Part shown: positions 35,789 through 40,000 of the stretch, piece after piece
How the letters are laid out: each line of letters begins with the position of its first letter
How positions within the stretch are numbered: position 1 is the stretch's first letter
Sequence record: MT863716.1
Reading direction: 5' to 3' (one strand)
DNA length: 40,000 bases
From: Campylobacter phage F348
The notes under the pieces: model-generated
Told to the model about the DNA's origin: nothing
Databases searched by the model: none
What the model saw: the letters and a program-made list of their open reading frames with translations, nothing else
Made by a program: the position numbers and the translations under genes

Positions 35789-36751
35789 ATGAGTAAGGTT
35801 ATAAATGAATCAACCACAACAGTTGATATTGCTGGTGTTGAATTAAAACTTGCAAAATTAATATATCGTATATACACCGAATCTTTATTAAATAGAATAG
35901 GAGCAAGAATAAATGTAGCAGTTCCTAATGGCAGTATTTTTGCTTTTAAGGGAAAATATTTAACAGATTATACTGGAACTGATAAAAGCAGCACCCCTTA
36001 TGCTACTGTTTTACCTGATTTTGCTGGAAATAGAGCTAATAATCAGGAAACTGATGTAAAAGCTGAAATGAATTATGAAATTGTAAAAAGAGCAATAAAC
36101 TGTCAAACTAAAAAAATAAGATCAAAATGGTCAATAGAAGCTATTACCGATTTAGTTGCTCTTACTGGTAAAACAACTGTTGAAGATATATTAGAAAAAG
36201 AACTTTTAACAGAAATTATTCAAGAAATTGATTTTTCAGCTTTAAAAATGATGACAACTAAGGCAACAAAAACACAATTAACATTAAAAGCACCTAATGA
36301 TCCATTAGTTGGTATAGAATTATTTAATGCAGCTCAGAAAAAAATATTGGAAATGGCTGCTTCAACCAAAAGAGCTATAACTATGTGTATTACAGCACCA
36401 TATGAAACTTGCGCTAAATTGATGTCACATCCTAATTTTAAAGCAAATGAAGATTTCACAAACTCATATTTCATGGGATCCATAGGTGCAACAGAAATAT
36501 ATTGTGATTATTATAATTCTTTAAATAAAGAATATATGCTAATTTCTTATAAGCATAGAAATAAAGAAATTGAAATAGCTGATGGTTCTACTTGCTTTGC
36601 ATTTTATAGTTATAACATAACAAAAGCTTTTGACGCTACAAGTGGTGCTGAATCATATTTTCATTTTTTAAGGTATGATGTAATTCAACATCCACTAGAT
36701 AATACTAATGATGGGCAATCTATTTTCTTACATTGTATTGAAATACAATAG
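35789..36751 (+). CDS. gp23/gp24-family capsid protein (major or vertex)
   Basis: AINCQTKKIRSKWSIEAITDLVALTGKTTVEDILEKELLTEIIQEIDFSAL resembles the T4 gp23/gp24 core. Confidence 0.7.
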   Translation: MSKVINESTTTVDIAGVELKLAKLIYRIYTESLLNRIGARINVAVPNGSIFAFKGKYLTDYTGTDKSSTPYATVLPDFAGNRANNQETDVKAEMNYEIVKRAINCQTKKIRSKWSIEAITDLVALTGKTTVEDILEKELLTEIIQEIDFSALKMMTTKATKTQLTLKAPNDPLVGIELFNAAQKKILEMAASTKRAITMCITAPYETCAKLMSHPNFKANEDFTNSYFMGSIGATEIYCDYYNSLNKEYMLISYKHRNKEIEIADGSTCFAFYSYNITKAFDATSGAESYFHFLRYDVIQHPLDNTNDGQSIFLHCIEIQ

Positions 36752-36758
36752 GTAAAAT

Positions 36759-37406
36759 ATGGCTTGGAACTTAAATAATAGACAAAATGAGTATCAATTA
36801 TTTGGTACTCTATCAGCAGAAATAATAGATATGTATGGGTTTCAACTAACATATATAAAAACAAAAAGATTAGGACACGATAAAGTTCTAGATGATATAA
36901 TAAATTATGGGACCGAAGCAACATATCAGATATTTGCATTACCAGAAAATGCAGAAATGTTTGATGAAAGAGGGGATATATTAAATAAATTTGGTATATT
37001 TACAATGGATTCTATGAATCTTTTTATTAGTGCTAATACAATGAAAAGGATATTTCAAGATGAGTCTAAAATACCATCTGCTGTTGGTGATATATTATTG
37101 CTTCCAAGTGGGAAATATATTGAAATAACAAGTATTGAACATCAAGTGCCTGGTGCTAATAACCAATTTACTTATTCAAATTCAAAAAATGTTTATATGC
37201 TAAGATGTAAATCATTTAATTATAATCATGATAATATACCAACTTTAGAAGAAGTTAATAATGAAGAAGTTAATGAATCTTTAGATGAAATTTTTAATTT
37301 AGTTGGTAGTGCAGAAAACTCAAAAGATAAAATAAAAGAAGAGCAAGATAAAGAAAGTCCTTTAGTTAAAGGAACTGATAGTGTGTTTGGTTATTTAGAT
37401 AGTTAA
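36759..37406 (+). CDS. 14: Neck protein, T4 gp14-like
   Basis: KFGIFTMDSMNLFISANTMKRIF...PSAVGDILLLPSGKYIEITSIEHQVPGANNQFTYSNSKNVYMLRC. Confidence 0.6.
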   Translation: MAWNLNNRQNEYQLFGTLSAEIIDMYGFQLTYIKTKRLGHDKVLDDIINYGTEATYQIFALPENAEMFDERGDILNKFGIFTMDSMNLFISANTMKRIFQDESKIPSAVGDILLLPSGKYIEITSIEHQVPGANNQFTYSNSKNVYMLRCKSFNYNHDNIPTLEEVNNEEVNESLDEIFNLVGSAENSKDKIKEEQDKESPLVKGTDSVFGYLDS

Positions 37407-39169
37407 TCTTTTATCCAAACACCCTGACCACAATCCCATACTTTATGATACCCATTTAATTCCATATTTTCTGATTCAGTCAAGTTTGGATTAAATTTCT
37501 CTAGTTTATCCTTAAGCTTATGTTTCATAAATTGTTGTCTTGAATATTTGTTGTTACCTTTAATATAAAAATAACCTGGATTAGAATAATGGCTAAACTC
37601 GAATCCTAATTGTTTATAAATTGATCCATCAGAGTATAATCTATCTGAGTAACTTATTAATGACCCAGGGTTGTTTTTATGAAAATGTTTTAATAACCTA
37701 GAGGCACCACCTATTACATTCAATCCCATCTTAGTGCATAATCTTATCAATTCCCAATCATAACTATTAGTGAATCTTGGCTTACCAAAGCTCATTAGGC
37801 ACATTAACTCATCTTTGTAATACAACCCATAGCAGATAGAACTACCAGTAAATCCTTGGAGATGATTACTTTCTAAAAATTCTTTTTCTTCTGCTTTAGA
37901 TACTTGTTTTAGGATACATTTTCTAGCCATTATTTTATTAGATTTTCCTAATTTGTTGTTTATAATTGACTTCCATATATCTTTTTTCTCTATCCAAGAT
38001 GATTCGAATATATGTAAAAGCTGAATACCTTTTTCTAAGCATTTATTAGTCTTATCTAAATGATAGTTCTTATCTTTACCCATTTGCTCAGAATGCCAGT
38101 AGTCTCCATTACATTCTATGGCTAAGTTATGGTCTGGTAAATAGAAGTCAAGTTCTTTATCACTTAACATTGAGTAGTCATTTTCTATATAGTTATCTAG
38201 TAATTCAGATATTTCTTTTTCAAATGAGCTAGTAGAAGGATTGCATACTGGGCATAAGATATTCCCTCTTTTAAAATGTCCGAAACTTCTTTGAAAAATG
38301 TGGCCTTCTGGGCATTCAACGGTTAAATATTTTGCTAAGTTTTCTGATGTAATTTTGTAACCCAATTCATTTATAACTAGCATTTTTTCATTATCTTTGC
38401 ATTTTGGACAATATGTTACATTTTTACCAAAAAAATTGCTGAATGTTCTTTGAAAAATATGTCCTTTTGGACATTTAACTTCTAAACTATGCCCTAAAGA
38501 CTCAGACTGAATTGTAAATCCCAACTTACTTAAATATATTTCTTTTTTGTTTTTATCACATTCAGGACATGTAACTATACCTTTCTCAAAGGTATAATAT
38601 GTCCTTTTAAAAATATGTCCTTTTGGGCATTTAACCATTAAATTATAGGTTAAATCATCAGAAACAGCTTCATAACCGCATTTCCTTAGAAAGTCTAGTT
38701 TATTCTGTTTATTACAATCTGGACATATAATATGACCATCAGTAAATTTGCTAAATTGTCGCTTAAAAGTGTGCCCACTTGGACATTCTACTAAATTATC
38801 AGATTTATATTTAAATCCTAAATTATGAAGATGGTTTATCTTACTTTCAAGTTCACATTTTGGACATGAATATGTTCCTTTTTTAAAAACACTAAGTGCT
38901 CTTTTAAAAATATGTCCATGTTTACATTCTACTTCAAAGTAATCACTTTTATCTTTTGATAGTATATTATATCCTAAATTATTTAAAAATTGTGTTTTTT
39001 CTTCATCTTTACAGTTTGGGCATGTAGTATAACCTCTTTCAAATACATTAAATGCCCTTTTAAAAATGTGTCCTTTTGAACATTTAACTTCTAAATTAAC
39101 TGATAGATTTTTAGATATAACTTCATATCCTAAATTATTCAAATATGTTATTTTATCGTCATTATCCAT
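37403..39169 (-). CDS. Free-standing homing endonuclease: six zinc-ribbon-like repeats plus Vsr/PD-(D/E)XK-like nuclease
   Basis: C-terminal half nearly identical to the 3793-5241 product; repeats of form LGY...ECPxGHIFKR...CPxC. Confidence 0.82.
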   Translation of the reverse strand: MDNDDKITYLNNLGYEVISKNLSVNLEVKCSKGHIFKRAFNVFERGYTTCPNCKDEEKTQFLNNLGYNILSKDKSDYFEVECKHGHIFKRALSVFKKGTYSCPKCELESKINHLHNLGFKYKSDNLVECPSGHTFKRQFSKFTDGHIICPDCNKQNKLDFLRKCGYEAVSDDLTYNLMVKCPKGHIFKRTYYTFEKGIVTCPECDKNKKEIYLSKLGFTIQSESLGHSLEVKCPKGHIFQRTFSNFFGKNVTYCPKCKDNEKMLVINELGYKITSENLAKYLTVECPEGHIFQRSFGHFKRGNILCPVCNPSTSSFEKEISELLDNYIENDYSMLSDKELDFYLPDHNLAIECNGDYWHSEQMGKDKNYHLDKTNKCLEKGIQLLHIFESSWIEKKDIWKSIINNKLGKSNKIMARKCILKQVSKAEEKEFLESNHLQGFTGSSICYGLYYKDELMCLMSFGKPRFTNSYDWELIRLCTKMGLNVIGGASRLLKHFHKNNPGSLISYSDRLYSDGSIYKQLGFEFSHYSNPGYFYIKGNNKYSRQQFMKHKLKDKLEKFNPNLTESENMELNGYHKVWDCGQGVWIKD

Positions 39170-39197
39170 ATAATTATATCCTAAATATTTTAATACT

Positions 39198-39230
39198 ATT
39201 ATAACACAGACTATATTAAACTACCCTTAA
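39198..39230 (-). promoter_or_regulatory. Putative promoter of homing endonuclease 2
   Basis: TTAAGGGTAGTTTAATATAGTCTGTGTTATAAT; second box degenerate. Confidence 0.55.
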
Positions 39231-39232
39231 TT

Positions 39233-39240
39233 TATAAATA
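39233..39240 (+). promoter_or_regulatory. Late-promoter box TATAAATA
   Basis: Upstream of the gp15-like gene. Confidence 0.6.
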
Positions 39241-39277
39241 AATAGGATAATATAATAACTTATGAAGGTAAAATTAA

Positions 39278-40000
39278 ATGGAGTTTTTCTTTTTCAAAAC
39301 AACTAAAAAATACACAAAATCACTACTCAGTCTATTCAACAGTATACAAGTTAAAAAGAAAATAGATGAAAAAACAGATAAGTATGTCACAGTACCTATT
39401 AGTTTTGGAAGTAAAGATGCTGCTTCAGTCTTTAGTGATACAGAGTTAGATCAATTATTAAATGGTAATTTTAATATATTACCTAGAATGTCTTTAGCTT
39501 TAATGAGTATGGAAAGAGATGATCAAAGAGCTACAAGTAGATTTCAAATACCTATAAAAGATATTGACGGAAAAAATATAACTTTTCAACATAACTGTGT
39601 TCCTTATTCTTTTGATTTTGTATTAAGTATAGCTACAAGGTCTTTAACGGACTTAACTTCTATATTAGAGCAAATTTTACCTTTCTTTAACCCAAACATT
39701 AATTTAAGGGTTAGAGAGTTAGAATGGTTAACAGAACCTACAACTATACAAGTTGAATTAATTAGTGTAGATTATGAATTACCTGATGAAAATGATGGAG
39801 CTGATATAAGAGTTTGTAGTGCTAATGTTACAATGAGACTTCACGGGAATATATATCCCCCTATTAAAAATGGTGCTGTTATTCAACAAGTTAAATTATA
39901 CTTATCACCAGTTGTAGATTTCTCTGAAGATAGTAAAGAAATAGTGCATAAATTTAATGTTGATGAAAATACACATATGATGGATATAGATTCATTTGTT
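39278..40000 (+). CDS. 15: Tail sheath stabiliser/completion protein, T4 gp15-like (runs off window)
   Basis: Translated by eye: MEFFFFKTTKKYTKSLLSLFNSIQVKKKIDEKTDKYVTVPISFGSKDAASVFSD...ILEQILPFFNPNINLRVRE... Confidence 0.6.
   Translation, partial: MEFFFFKTTKKYTKSLLSLFNSIQVKKKIDEKTDKYVTVPISFGSKDAASVFSDTELDQLLNGNFNILPRMSLALMSMERDDQRATSRFQIPIKDIDGKNITFQHNCVPYSFDFVLSIATRSLTDLTSILEQILPFFNPNINLRVRELEWLTEPTTIQVELISVDYELPDENDGADIRVCSANVTMRLHGNIYPPIKNGAVIQQVKLYLSPVVDFSEDSKEIVHKFNVDENTHMMDIDSFV

Noticed and set aside
37403-39169. Zinc-ribbon repeat protein as a transposase (IS-type mobile element)
   Set aside because: No terminal inverted repeats or target duplication seen at the borders; the Vsr-like nuclease core and position fit a homing endonuclease.

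Overview
AT-rich segment of a T4-like (Tevenvirinae-related) myovirus genome. The host is probably a Campylobacterota bacterium; this is inferred from the LPP20-like lipoprotein, the base composition and the poly-G contingency-type tracts. Virion genes are mostly on the + strand and at both ends: Ig-domain structural protein, gp13-like neck, TerL C-half, tube-like protein, gp23/24-family capsid, gp14-like and gp15-like. A long minus-strand block carries replication/recombination genes (UvsW, UvsY, PolB gp43, primase gp61, gp46/gp47, gp55-like late sigma), a GroES/gp31-like protein, thymidine kinase, two DNA methyltransferases, a phosphatidylserine-decarboxylase-like gene, a primase/helicase-like protein, a DUF2828/Ro60-like vWA protein, three tRNAs and an array of paralogous beta-helix tail-fibre-like genes. 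Main points of interest: (1) the terminase gene here starts with the ~100-aa C-terminal part of an atypically split intein (AceL-TerL type), and no N-half is visible; (2) two beta-helix fibre genes have poly-G tracts at the same coding position, one in frame (G12) and one out of frame (G7), suggesting a phase-variable phage fibre system; (3) two free-standing Vsr-like homing endonucleases share a near-identical C-terminus but have different zinc-ribbon arrays (4 versus 6 repeats); (4) a tRNA/structured-RNA cluster with a cloverleaf-like element and a possible pseudoknot lies upstream of a Ro60-like gene; (5) a strict minus-strand promoter motif, TTAAG-N6-TTAAG-N7/8-TGR-TANNNT, occurs at least 10 times, with some copies overlapped by an operator-like palindrome, while + strand virion genes carry TATAAATA late-promoter boxes.
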